Assembly (NCBI GenBank): GCA_016748015.1
Contig: JAAOMT010000245.1
Coordinates: 1-64,000 of the forward strand
Length of the DNA stretch: 64,000 bases
Reading direction: 5' to 3'
DNA from: Geosiphon pyriformis uo1
Lineage: Eukaryota; Fungi; Glomeromycota
Each line of letters starts with the position of its first letter. The first letter of the stretch is position 1. The position numbers were made by a program, and so were the translations under genes. Positions 33,989 through 48,541 of the stretch are shown in pieces. The notes beneath the pieces were generated by a model, which did no database searches, was not told the origin of the DNA, and was given only the letters and a program-made list of their open reading frames with translations.

Positions 33989-36900
33989 ATGCCAGATCCC
34001 AACGAAGTTTCTTCAGATGAATCGGCAAACCCAAATAAAGAGAGTGTAGCAACCTGTAGAATCTGTGACCTCACAATTGCAGGGCAGTCTGTAAGGGTTT
34101 TAGACGAAAATTTTCACTTGGAATGTTACAAATGTCAGGTAAACCAAACTTCTTTCATTTGAAGCTTGCTCCCTTAAAATTAATGTGTGTACTTTAAACT
34201 TAACTCATTTTAACCTAACTTTTTTAGGATTGTGGGGAGGCGGCAACAGCTCAATTTGTCACAGACGGTCCAGACGGTAAAAAAAACCTTCTTTGCGAAC
34301 GTGACCATTTCCGAAGGTTGAACCTAGCAACGTGTACAAAATGTGGCCTTAGGATTGTAGGGCAGTTTGTAAGGGCGTTAGGTGGAACTTTTCACTTGGA
34401 ATGCTTCAAGTGCCAGGTAAACCAAAGTTCTTCTTTTTGAAACTTTTTTTTGCTTAAAAGTAACCCCGTAAACATTATTTTTCAACTTCAAAGTCAACTC
34501 TTTTACCTTGACGTTTCTAGGATTGTGGTGAGGTAGTAGCAGCTAAATTTTTTCAAATAGACGGCCCGGACGGTAAACAACACCCTCTTTGCGAACGTGA
34601 CTATTTTCGAAGACTTAATCTCATCTGTGCAAAGTGCGGGGAAGCTCTTCGTGGCTCTTACATCACAGCACTCGAGAAAAAGTACCACATTGAACATTTT
34701 ACCTGCTCAGTATGCCCAACCGTCTTTGGGCCTCACGATTCTTATTACGAACATGACGGGCAGGTTTATTGCCACTTTCATTACTCAACAAGATTTGCGG
34801 TCAAATGCACGGGCTGTCAGACTGCCATATTAAAGCAATTTGTGGAAATAAACCGTAATAGTATTGACGAGCATTGGCACCCAGAGTGTTACATGATTCA
34901 TAAGGTATGTTCCTAATCTAATGGGTGGAATTTCGAATTTTTCTATTCCAGATTTTATAATTTATTTCATTATTTTTTTGCATAGTTTTGGAACGTGAAA
35001 TTGGCATCACATATTGATGATACGTCAGATCAACGCCCAGGTATCAATTGATTGAAAAAACTTCTTTCTAAATTTGACTCGATATTTCATTAAAAAGAGT
35101 TCATTTGATAGAAAGTGAATCTACGATACCGGAGGAACTCAAAAAACAGCAAAAGTCCATGGAAGAAAAAGTTTACAATATATGGTCGGTTCTTTCGGTA
35201 TTTGAAGAATCATCGGCTGCATGTATATCAGACATGTTGTTGCACGTTTCAAATGGATCCTATATTGATGGTGTAAAAATGGCAGAAAAATTTATAATGC
35301 ATGTAGAAGTTCTCTTTACAGCTATTGATGAACTGGAATATCACCTAAAGCAGGCTAGTGGAGAAGGTATGTTAAATATATAAAATTTTTAAATGCCAAT
35401 GTTCAATAACTGAACGATCCTTCGATACACCTTGTTCTTGAAAGGGCTTCAACACAATAGGGAAGCCAAAATGCTTTGCAAGAAAATTGTCAACTTTTTC
35501 TCCCTATTGTCCCACACGCAGGAAACAGGCGTCAGACGAATGGGCATTACCCAAGAATTGTTATCTTTAGTAACAGGATTGGCGCACTACTTGAAGGTTT
35601 TGATTAGAATTGCGTTGACCGGAGCTTTGAAATTGGTGATTAATCATATAAATCTTTCATCAAAGCCTCTTAATTAGATAAGTCACTTGGTTTCTTATGA
35701 AATTAATCAATTGAAATTTATTATAAAAATAGGAGCGAGATTACAATAACACGACCGCAATTAGTCGATTTTTGAATAAATTAGTTGAGCTTGCCAACAA
35801 AGAAAGTCGACAGCCACGAGAAAGTAGTATGGACAATGAAGTAACATCTGATCTTTGTCATGCATGTCGAGTCACTGTTGAAGAGGAATGCTTCAAATAC
35901 GAACATTATCGCTGGCATAGTAGTTGCCTTAGGTGTTCCCGATCGGTCTGTGCACGTGAATTGCATTCATTTTACCGTGAAGCGAAATTTAATCGCTCGA
36001 CGGAAAGGGCTTTTTGTCCTGGTTGTGCTTCAGAACCGGCGTCTACTGGATTTGAATATGTTACTCAACTCGGACAATATACATACTTGCTAAGAGTTGC
36101 ATTGTCTCGACTTTATAATTTACTTCGGCGAAAAGGTTTGTTTTCAAATCTTTCTAGACGAAAGCAATTATTAATAAATTTTAAAATTTACCTTTTTTCT
36201 CTCAGATGACCTCAACTTATCTGATTATGAAGCAACTCGTGGACGTAGAGATAAAGAAGTTCCTCCTGGACTTACTCGTAAAGATACCAGGTCTAAGTCG
36301 TATTCTAGTGGTGACAAGCCTTTTGAATCTATCAACATTGGTGACATCAAACGTATGAAATCTGTACACTTGGATCGAAAGCTATCAACATCAGCAAAGT
36401 TCGCCCAAAGATCAAGGATAATAGAGCAAGAATCATTATCTGCATTAAATCCAGGGAACAATGATTCACTGCGAAATAATTTGATAAGAGCACCTTCTCA
36501 AAGACAATTAAAAATTGTCGAAGATAAAATACCTGATTCCCGTGAAGAGGATAATTTAGATTTTGAAAGGAGGCAAAAGGAGCCTATTACCTTGGCAGAC
36601 ATTTCTGTAATTGCAGCTGCTGAAATGGCTGCTGTTGAAGAGCAGGGAATCCTGGATAAAACCCCTAAAAACATGCGACGTATATCTAGAGCCAAGAGTT
36701 ATCTATCCGAACTTTCTCATCTAGAATTCTTCATAGTCAAGCATGTTGCAGTTCTTGTTATGGAACAATACTTGAAGGATCATTACACTTTGGAGGAATT
36801 ACTTGATTTAATTGGTTCAAAAAAGGCTACATTATGGAACAAATTTGTGACAACTATTAAGCCATCAGAAAAAAAACCAGTCAAAAAGAAAGGTACAAGA

Positions 36901-38247
36901 ACAACTGATCTTGATGTGATCTTCTCTTGATTTCAGGTATCATTCTAACGATTGGCAGCACAATTCTATGGAAATTTTCAATGTATGAAATTCAACCATC
37001 ATAAATAGGAACTTTTGGTGTCCCACTCGATGTTCTCGTTGAACGATATGGAGTTGATTCTGCTCTTGGGGCAGGTCCCGGTCGCATAAGAATACCCAGC
37101 TTTATCGATGATAGTATAGCTGCTATGAAAACAATGGGTATAATTGAGTTAACCTTGTCTTTTTAATTGAATCTGGATTCAATTATTCACTTAAATTAAA
37201 CACATTAAATAGACATGTCTGTTGAGGGAATATTTCGTAAAAACGGCAATATAAGACGACTAAAAGACCTTATCGAAGCTATTGACAGGAGTCCATCATC
37301 AGTGAACTTGTGTGAGGACAATCCTGTACAGGTTGCTGCTTTGATGAAGAAATTCTTGCGCGAACTTCCCGATCCATTGCTCACCTTTAAACTTCATAAA
37401 TTATTCATCACATCTCAAAGTAAGCTTTTGAAATTAAAATTTCAAAAATTTATGTCAAGTATTACTAAGCATATGTTTTATATTCAAAAATCATCATCAC
37501 ACATTATTTATCGTTTCTATTCCAGAGCTTGAAGATGAAGTCACAAGAAAGAAAATCTTACATCTTACTTGTTGTCTTTTGCCAACCGTTAATAGAGATA
37601 CTATGGAAGTATTATTTATATTCTTTAAATGGGTCGCATCATTTTCCCATGTCGATGAGGAAACAGGGAGTAAAATGGACTTGCATAATCTCGCCACTGT
37701 GATCACCCCCAATATTCTATATTCAAAATCAAAAGATCCCACAAAAGATGATTCATTTTTGGCAATTGAGGCGGTCCATAGTCTCTTAAGATATCAGGAT
37801 GAATTTTGGACAGTGAGTTCAATTTTTTCATTATGATATTTTTGATCAAACCTATTGCTTACAAAGATCCTTTTTTTTAAAAAGGTACCGGAAGATTTGG
37901 GAGCCATTTTGCACGATCAGGATTTGTTTACAAATCTTGAAGCTTTGACAACCAAAGATATTCTTAAAAGATGCGAAAATTTCGTGAATTTAAAGAAATC
38001 TCATTCATCAGCTGACATTCCTCATTCATCGGTCGACTTTCATATTGTCGATATTGCAGATCAAAAATCAGGAACTGCCGCAGAGGAAGGATACGTTTTA
38101 GCGGAACACGAGAATCCACCTATACAACAGCCAGCAATTGTGCATCATGGTAGCAATGAAAGTACCAGCGGAAATAGTATATACCCACCATCAACAAACT
38201 CCCTAGTCAATGAGACCTCTATACCAGTAGAGCAAAGAGCCTCTTGA
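33989..38247 (+). CDS. LRG1: LIM-domain Rho GTPase-activating protein (S. cerevisiae Lrg1 / S. pombe Rga1 type); 12 coding exons: 33989-34138, 34228-34416, 34521-34904, 34986-35040, 35112-35366, 35445-35635, 35733-36135, 36206-36892, 37009-37137, 37213-37419, 37526-37812, 37885-38247
   Basis: All introns GT-AG and in frame. LIM motifs (C-x2-C...FHLECF.C..C), GTFGVPL, arginine finger VEGIFRKNG, KKFLRELPDPL, KMDLHNLATVITPNIL. An upstream exon cannot be excluded (acceptor-like TTTTCAG at 33971-33977). Confidence 0.9.
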
Positions 38248-40080
38248 CAAAATTTTGGTAAAAGCTGGAAGACGGCAGATTTGAGGATCGGATGAGAATT
38301 CTTGGATCGATCACAGAGTCATTTTGTGCTGGCGCATTTTACATATATTTTTTGTATTTATATTTAGAGCATTTTACTGTATGATTATATTCCTAGTTGC
38401 TCCTTTATACCATTCACTGCTACATCATTATAGTCACCCTCGTTTTTATTTATTCTGAAGTTTGATATATCTCCACGTTGGTCATCCCGTGTTATTTTCT
38501 TGAGCACGAAAATCACAAAACACATGATGAACAAAAATATCCGAGGAATTTCCTTGGTGGGTTGAAAGGAGCATCAAAGAAAAAGGATCAGGGAATAATT
38601 GAAAAAATAATGCAGAACGGGCTTCTAGCTTTTTCACTCGTGTGATGGTGATAGTTATTTTTGGCAGACTTCATATTTTTAGCTTATTATAAATTATACG
38701 TAGATCCACACACAATAATCTATAAATATTCTAATAGATAATTAATTTCTTTTGGTTGTTAACCAAAACGATACATTATGTCTTCATTAGAAAGATTACG
38801 ATGCTCTCTAACAATGCCCATTTAAATTGCCAATGAAAATATTTGTTTAACAATGTTTATCAATAAGATAATCAGATTCAAAATTGCGAAAATAAAAATC
38901 CCACTTTTTTTTAAAGTTAATTTTGAAATGTTGATACAATTACTATTATTACTTTTACCATTTTTGCTATTAAAAATACCAAGCTTATTTTTATATTCAT
39001 GTTTTTAATCCAAAGCAATTTCAAATTAGAATAAACAAAGCTTGAAAATTGTGGCTATTTATTATAGTAAATTTTGCCAATTTGTTTTTAAATGTTTCTT
39101 TCATTTTGTAAAACTTGTATTTTTTTAATAAATTGTAATTAATATAATGCTTGATTATTACATAATTGTAATTTTAAATTATCTAAATATAATTATTTAT
39201 TATTTATATAATACTTATTTGTTATATATATAAATTCTATTGATTTATTATAACCAACTTAAATATTCAAATAAAAAAATATTATATAAATACAATAATT
39301 ATAATTTATATAATATATTTTTTATTGTTGTATTTTTATAAAAAATTTTATTATTATTTTGTAAACTTTACATATTAAAAAAATTTCAAAATTAATTACA
39401 ATTAATTAATTTTTTATGTTATAAACATTTAAAAATTATTTTTAAATTGATTAAAACTTTTAAACAAACTAATAGTTAAGTTAAAAATATATTAAATTTA
39501 AGTTTTTAAAAAAATAAAATGGTTTTCAATATTTATAATAGAAGTTATTTTAGTAGCCAAAAAAATATGATTAAATTTATTAAAAACATAATCTTTTTAA
39601 CAATAAATTTTACAAATCAACAAAATTTTGTAATTTAAATTTTAATAAGTTTAATCTAAATTTATATATTTTATTGGTAATAATATTAAAAAAATCAAAA
39701 TTGTGTAACAACAAAAAAGCAATAATATTAATATAAGATATTAAATTAATAATTTAATTTAAATATTAACAAAACTTAAAAAAAATTTTGACAAATTAAA
39801 ATAAATAGTTTTATAATTAATAGCTAAGTAATTTAAAATTTAACATCTATAATAATATTAATATTTAAAAAAACCTAAAATATAAATTTTATACAAAAAA
39901 CTTAATATATTAATAAAATTATATAAAAATTAAAATACAGTTTTAATATAAATTATTTTAATAAAAATTATTTTAATTTTAATAATTTTATTAAATATTA
40001 GAATAAAAATTATTTAATCAAAGAATTTTTGATAATTAATAATTGTTTTTTAAATATTATTAAAACTAATGTTTTTTTAT

Positions 40081-43000
40081 TTTTTTTTATTTGCTTTACA
40101 AGTGAGATCCAAACACTACCTAGTGCTATACATCAAAGAAATGATCTAAACTAAGCATAAATCATGCACTTTCTACATGTGACCAGCCACTCAGACCAAT
40201 CAGAACAATACTATACAGCTATATAAACTGAAACTGAGTTACTTATGCCTGAAAAAAACAAACAAGATTTGTGAAAGCCAAAACAAACACCAAAAACATT
40301 GGTAATACCAAGCAATTTGACCACCCCAGTTGACAACCCTAAGACCAATCCAGAAACTAAAACAAGAACCGAACCATCAAGAGAAATTAACACATTTTTT
40401 TCCATATAAGCACAATGTTTAGCACAAACTGATCAGACATTACTCCTAAAAGCAAAACTAAGAGAGTGCACAAATTTAACAATCTCCAAACCAACAACCT
40501 TGGGATTATGAAAGATAGTAACCACCTTGTGAAACCAATCTTTAAAAATGAAACCTTTGTAAAGAGCTATGGACAAAAAGGAGTTAAAAACGCACAAAGA
40601 CAACAGTTGTAGTATGTCCAAAGAAGAATGAGAGAAACCAAAAACTGCTTTCCAGGAGTCTACATGGGATTCCAACAACTGACATCGAACAAAATCATCA
40701 ATCTTGTAAGAGAACACATGATCTGATGCCTCCACATCACCATAATATAAGCATAACACACTTGGATATAATCTATTATAAAGACATTTCCGAATAACAA
40801 CTGGCAGCCAGTGGTGCAAAGCCTTCATGAAATAAGTACATGCATTAGCCAAAAGTCTGCTGGTAAAACCAGTGGCCATATGCAAGTTAGGATGTCAAAT
40901 CAAAGATAAATGGAACCAGTCAACCTTAGAAAGCAAACTGCCTGCCAAAAACTTGGAATCAGAACCAACCTCTCAGTACACACAACAAACCAAACAATAA
41001 ATATCATGGACAAAATGTCTGGAATTACCAGAAATCACACCACCATTAGCTATTATGAAGTGTTTATCCAAACAAGAAAGAAGATACCAACTAGAGAAAG
41101 AAGTGTTACTAGCAATTGTGTCAGCATGCTCATTTACTGAAACACCAAAATGGCTTTTAATCTTATGCCAGCTAACTTTCAAATTCTTACTGTAAATAAT
41201 ATTGACAATATGATGATGTTTGACCCAACACTGATTACGAAAGTCAAGACACACTAGATTCACCTCTGACTTACAGGCATTCAGAGCAGATTGACTATCC
41301 AAAAACAATTTAATAGAGCTCAGTAGGGGAACACACTCCAGAGCCAGTGCAATAGTCTGCAACCCTGCCAAAGTAAACGACATTAAACCTGACATACCAA
41401 TACCCAAACCCAAATCAATGTCCTCAAAAAAAGTGGCAGTGCTAGCTCTACAGCCAACTGTGCCCAGATTACTAAGGGACTTATCTGTATACACCAACAA
41501 ACTGTTAGCACCAACTTGTAAGAGATGATTACAGACAGAAACAAAATTACTAGATTCAAGAATGTTGAAAGAACTAACATTATTTAAAACTGAGGGATGA
41601 GTAAGAGAGAAACCTCTACCATCTAGAAATGCAATAGAAAGCTTGAACCATTTAGGAATATGGCCACAAAGGTCTAATTTTTTTTAATGCTTGAAGGTGT
41701 GCCAATCAAAGACAGAACCACGATGATCACAAAGTTGATCCACAAAGACAATACCATATCATCAGAGAGAAAAAAAAACCTGAGAAACTGTGACTTGTCC
41801 AGAACAGCAGACATAGGAACCCCACCACAAAACCAAAAGAGATTGGCCAAAAAGCCACCCAGGGACAAATTGTAATCAAGAAAAATATGAACCATGTCTG
41901 CCAGAAAGTTATTGAAAGCATTAACACGAATATACACAGGAGAACTTAATGGATGAACAGGGTACCAGCACAGAACTTGCAAGTTATGGGACTTGTAAGA
42001 GAACAAACAATCCAGGACGTCACCCAAGTTTGCAAAACTAATAAAAGAGGCCACCTTGCTCTCAGACTGAACTTGAAAGAAAGATTTCAAACCATAAAAG
42101 AAAGAGTGATGAATTGTATCACTAGAAAAATTAAAAGATAGGCCAGATTTAAACTTCAAGCTCTTATGAATCAAAGCATCCCACTTGTTGCACATACTAA
42201 TGGGAACAAAGCTGAACTGTGTTTTATAACTAACTATAGGATGAAGAACTGCTAATACTAAATATAAGAACTGTTTATTTAAAACAAAACCAGATTGTTA
42301 AAAAAATAAATGTCCGAATTTGCCTTCATCAAACTAGGCTTTGAAAAACCTTCAGTTAAGAGAAAAATACCTAAATATTGATGAGATTCACATTTTTTGG
42401 CAATGGAAATTGGCAAGCCACTAATAGAAAGAGAAGAAATGCTCACTCTGCTATTGATGGGAATGGCCACTGTTTTGTTATTATTGATAGAAATATCTTT
42501 TATCTGAAAAAATTCACTTGTAACATCAAAAATATGTTAAGTAGTCACCTGACTACTACCAACTCAAATTGTATCATCAACAAAAGTGTCAGCAGCAAAA
42601 AAAGAAGAGAGCCTAGCCCAAGACTTTGCACAACCATTTCTTGAAATAAAATAAGAACTTAACCTATAACCATACATGCTTTCCTGTCTCTTGACTTTGC
42701 ATAGTAGAGGATCATAAAATATATGCCACAGAAGAGGAGAAAAGACCTCCTCTTGGTCCAAATTATCATGTACACAATAACTATCTGTCAACCCAAAGTC
42801 TGTCATCACCCTATTAGTACAATTCTTATAAATACTACCAAAAAACCAAATGAACCTGCCACACATCTTGATTCTGACCAAACTTTTCTCAAGATGTTCC
42901 CAGCTGACTGAATCATATGCTTTCCGCATATCCTGCAAAACCAGCCAGAGCTTCCAATTTTTTTCCAATGCATTCTCAACCACAGATCCAATTGCAAAAA

Positions 43001-46000
43001 TAAGAGACTGAATTGTTGTACCCTTTAAAACCAAAAAATTGTTCCCACAAAGAACATCAAAAGTGCCACATGCCAAAGAAATCCTATTAAAGAGTATCTT
43101 GAAAAGAATTTTATAAGCCATCTTGATCAAAGCAATAGGGCAGATATTTGTAAGAACACCTTCTCACTTATATGGTTTAGGAATCATTAAGACTCAAACC
43201 TCTTTTTAAGATCTGAGCACCAATTCGCAAGAAAGACAAAAGTTCAAAAGTACTAAAAGCATATCCAGAATTGACTTGTTACAATGTTTTCAAAGCTTGT
43301 TTGTGATACCCAAGAGACCAGCAGCTTTGCCATCAGGCAGATCGAAAATCATATCAACAGCTCACTAAACTTTACTAAATACATTATACCAGAAAAAGCC
43401 TCATTAAAAACATAATCTAATGGCCAATATTGACAAAACCAAACATCAAAGACATCAGCAACCATACTATATTTTCTGGTCCATTCTTCCATAATAATGT
43501 TTATTTTAGATTTAACTGAATTGGACTCCAAAATAAGCTCATTATTAACAACCAGATGGTCCAAAACCACTTTGCAAAAAAAACACTCCAAAACATTCCT
43601 GATAGTATGACTCTTATTTATCTCGAAGCTTTCCATCCTCCTATTTATAGCAGATCTAATGTTTGCTTCCTTAGCTGCCAGAGATTTAGCAAGCTTGAAT
43701 GCACAATATGACTTTCTTATGCCAAAGAGAGCAAAATAAACACGATTAAAGTTCACACCAGAGTCAATGAGATCCTGAACAACTGAGGTTTTAATACTGT
43801 CCAAAGAGTCTCAGCACTTTATAAGGGAGACAAAACCGACATTATTTCTTTCACGAAAGGCCTTGATAATTTTTGAAACCAAAAGCTCCAACCTGTGAAA
43901 CTTTGAAGAAACTTTGGTAAACACACTGTCAAAATTCTTAAACCATTTCTTTCTAAATATCTCATTTGCTAAAAGAGTTATTATCCTGTGTAAAACATTC
44001 CACATGGCATCCAGATCTGAGAACTTGACAGCAGTAGCAAACTCATCAGAGAACATCCCAGCATTGACTGATGTGGCATTTTTAAAATTTTCTCACTTAT
44101 TGACATCAGCACTCTTGAAATCAAACTTCCAATGATTTTTATTAGCCTGCTTATGAAAAGAGTTCAACTGAATATTCAGCAAACCACCCAGACCCACCAA
44201 CACTGAAATGGCTTGATGATCAGTATCAAAGTGCTTACTAACATCCATGATGCTGCAGTCTAAAACTGCATTAACCAAATTAGAAGAAACTAATATGTAA
44301 TCAATTGTTTTTTTTACACCCCTCGAATTTTCTCACATGAAATTTTTTACAACCAAACTACCAACCAGAGAATTAACCAGTCCCAGATTGAGATATTTTT
44401 TAAAACTAGCACATTTCCACAAACCATTTTCATTGAAATCTTCACCCAGAATAATGAAAGAAGATTTATTTACAGTCTTTGCAATAGAAGAGTTGATATC
44501 ACCAGTTTGAAAGAACCAAACTACAGAAGATGCACCAGCATAGAGCCCCAAAATTGACACGGAAAATTTATTCTTGAAGAGCAGCTTAACAGACAGGAGC
44601 CAATCAGGTACTTTAGAAATTTTGCACACATGTTGTGCCAGAGAAATGTTTATGATAATTGTGACATCAGAACCCATATGACCAGAATCCAAACCAGAAG
44701 TAAAAACCTGGATGCTACTAAACTTGTTCATGATCCACGGATGGATTTTATCATTTAACTTAGTTTCAGTAACAATAGAGATCAAATTGTTTATATTCTT
44801 ATGCCAATAAATGATATTATTCTGCTTTGCAGGATTGTTCATTTCCTTAACATTACAGGTAACAACTCTCCAAACTAATTTACTCATTAAAAAGGAGGTT
44901 GTGAAATCAAACCTGCATCAAGACTATTTACTTTGGCTGAAAGGCCCAAAACAGTTTCTATTAGACACTTTATGCTGTCTTCTAGCTTTGATACTGAAAA
45001 CATATTGAATGACACCACTTCTGCAATAGTCTCACCACTAGTAAATACACCCAAACTCTCACTCATTACTACATCTGTCCCTTGATTCTGTGATAAAGAG
45101 ATCACCAATGGCTGACATCCAGGGCTAGACTGGGAAACCATTGGTCCAAATGCATCTAACCTCTTAGCCAGCTTATCAACCTTCTCCATAAGGCTGGTAA
45201 GACTGTACTCAAGAGTGGCAAACCTATCATTAACTTCCATTGTAACCAGTAGGGATGGCTTCATCTCCAAAGAGGAGCCAATTTTCACTGAAACACTATG
45301 ACCAGAGAGAGAGGAGAAAGAAGACCCACCAGCAATCTTTGCCCAAAAAAGACCACCAAAAGAAACAAAATGAGCAACCAGAGCCGAATGTTTGGCATAA
45401 ATTGCAGCCAGCCTGCTTTTATCCATGTCCAAAAGTACTCTATGTGATGGTATCCCAGAAAGAACTTTTCCACTAGCAGCACAGCCCAATGATATGTAAC
45501 CCAATTTTTTACACTTGGCACATTCAGCAAGAACCAGACAGAACCAGTACAGATTGGCACTTCTTAATACCAGTGTGGTTCTCATGATAGCATCCAGTGA
45601 CTCAACAAAATCAAAGCAGATAACAGCACACCTTGCCCAAGCATACATAATCAGATAATGATTGATGACACATGTTTTTCCATTCACAGCTCTAACAAAG
45701 TCCCAGATGTCATAAGTATTCGTTTCTATTGATAGTGTATAAAGCAGTGCTCTATGTTGATCCTTTACATCCCACATTTTCTTATCTAAAGCTGCCTTAG
45801 CAACATACACTGCATCTTTCCCAATTAAGATAGACCATTCAGCTGCAACCAAATTAGCATGATTCATTTGCTCAAATTCCACTACTGTTTTCTGCCACAG
45901 CCCTACCAATTGCATTTTAATTGACTTAATTATACCAAACTTGGATAGTGCAGCATGTACAGCCTCAGCCATTGTCCCAATTGGTATCTCTTTTATGACC

Positions 46001-46824
46001 ACAGCCTGATCTGATCACCCAGTAAATTTCTTAAAATTGGTGTTTACTATGATTTTCGCACCAGCAGCCTTTTCAGTGGCTTTTATCAAACCCAATTTGA
46101 AAGTAAATGTTGCTCAGATGATCTCAGAGAATTTTGAGGAAGTAGAGGCCCTCCTAAAATCTTTGATTCCTGAAAATAATTTTCTGATCACTGTGCATTT
46201 TTTATGAGAAGATTTATCTACTACTTTGTCTAGTCCAATATCCAAAGCAAAAAATTTACAAACAGAAACATTGACCAAGTTTTTCAAAGGAGAAGGGAGG
46301 ACCACAGGTTTGTTCAAGAGAATGTTATCATCATTATTACCCAAAAAGTTGATTTTTCTTAATGGCTTACTCAGTGCTTTTTTGGTCAAAATTTTTGAAT
46401 TCTTAGGAGTATGATCCAAGTTCTTACCAGCAAAAGTACCATCTTTATCATAATCAAAGCTGGTTTTTTCAACCAAACATTCCTCCTCCATGTTCACACT
46501 ATTAGATTCAATAGTATTACCAGTTTTAGACCTCCAAGAATGATCACTTGACATCTTAACAATGGCAAATTTTCTATTACCAATATTATCCACCAAAACA
46601 CCATCTCTTCTCTTTTTTCTAGACTTAGCAGACTTAACCCCAATATTAAAACTAGATTCTATGATAGACTTGTTCAGAACAGCAATACTAGAGCTGACGG
46701 TAGTTTCATAATTAAACAAAAATGGTTTGAATTTATCATGTTGAATGTTGAAAAAACTTCTTTCAAAAAAATTTCTTGGCTTTTTTTGGGAATTTGGAAC
46801 AAATAAAAGAAAGAAGTTTTTTTT
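40081..46824 (-). mobile_element. Full-length decayed LINE copy c (ORF1 ~46700-44887; ORF2 44887-40211: APE, RT, RNase H, Cys finger) with A-rich tail and TSD
   Basis: TSD ACTAATGT(T/G)TTTTTAT at 40065-40080 and 46825-46840 (15/16). TCNVKE..ETK..EDFNE; KAYDSV; TFVDD; YTDKS; ORF1 knuckle CAKCKKLGYISLGC. Confidence 0.93.
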
Positions 46825-48095
46825 ACTAATGTGTTTTTATAAAACAAAAAATAATAATTTAAGTTTTATTTTTTTAGTTTAATCTTTGTAATTTAATAAT
46901 TTAATAACTTAATAATATAATTAATTAAAATTATATATTAAAATATAACATGTTTTGTTTTTAAAACTAATAATAATTAATATATTAAACAACATAATTA
47001 TATATTAATACAAATTAAATTTGGCAAATATGTTATTTTTATTCTTATTTAAAACAAAATTAAATATTATAATTGGTATCAATATAATAAAACTAATAAA
47101 ACTGATAAAATCATTAAAAAAAGTAAAAATTTTATTTATCAAAAAAGAAAAAATATAAAAAAAGTGCTTTAAAAAACACCAAAAAAAACACTATTCTTTA
47201 ATATTATTATTGGCAAAAAAAAATTGCATTTTATTATATAGAAAAAATGCTTTAAAAAAATAAAATAGTTTATTATATATATATATGAAAAAAAGTTATT
47301 ATTAGAAAAATAATATAAAAATTATTTATTATAAAAAATACCATTAAAAAATTGGTTTTAATTAATTTCAAAATAATAATTTTATTTAATTATATTAATC
47401 GTTTTTTGATTACATATTTTAATACTTAAAAAAGTATTCAAAATAAAGATGTTTTTTAAATCAAAATGAAAAAAAATAAAAAAAATATTATTATGTTTGT
47501 TTAAGAGTAACTCGAAATAAAAAAAATTATACAAGAATAATAATAATAATAACAAAATTAGATTTAAAACTTCATTATTAAAACTGATTAACTATTATAG
47601 ATTGCTTACTTATATACAATTTGTGTTTTATTCATTTACTTTATTTTTGTGATTAAAGTTAGAACAATGACAAATTAAAAGATGCAAAAAGTTGAATTCT
47701 TTTAAATAAGAAATTTTCTTATATTGTATATAATACAAGGAAGATAAGGGTGTAAAAATTCTAAAGCCATTTTTAAGGCAAAGTTCCGAACAGGCTCTAA
47801 ACATTGGGAAGCCTGGGTTATCGAAATCATTCAGGTTTGTATTTCCACTTGTTAGCAAACATTGGCCTTTTCTCAAAACCAGACTAATGTTCCTATGCGC
47901 TTTGCTTTTTCATAGTTAAATCCACTTTTAAGCTCGTTGACAAGATCAGGAAATTTATGCAGGAGACTGGACAAGAGAAAAATGTCGAGAAACTGAGAAT
48001 TTGGCCCGCAATTATCGAGAACATCCAAGAAAATATATTTTCTTGGTTCTTGTTCAAGATCTAGTCTGCTCATTCTACTTTATTCTTCTCATGGA

Positions 48096-48541
48096 TCAAG
48101 AACTAGCAGATCCAGATACTGGCTGAATTTTTTTATACTTTTCACGTAATAATATTTGCTCTTCTAATTCTTTTTTGTTCCTTTCAAATTTTTTATGATT
48201 TTCTGAAGGCAAGCGTTTTGAAGACAAGGCTTGTTGACGTTCAAGCTCTTCTTCATGTGCTATGGATGCATGCATTAACTATGATATGATTCGAAATTTT
48301 GGATAAATGGTTATAGGGCAAAAGATAAAATTGTTAAATAGATTTCGAAAAATCAAGTCAGTTCTCGATTTTGAACAAACCTTCAAAAGGAAATATGGAC
48401 TCGATAGGGCAAAAGATGTTCCAAAGATCTGTGACTTTTTCTTACCTCTTTCTCTTTAATTTGCATGTAATGCACGCCCCAAACTGTAGTGGCAGTCGCC
48501 ACGATGCTCACTCCTAGGGTTGCTTTCGCTGTGCGAGACAT
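48096..48541 (-). CDS. PET117: Cytochrome c oxidase assembly protein Pet117, 92 aa; exons 48541-48446 and 48278-48096
   Basis: MSRTAKATLGVSIVATATTVWGVHYMQIKEKE|LMHASIAHEEE...LEEQILLREKYKKIQPV; GTAAG...TAG intron. Confidence 0.85.
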
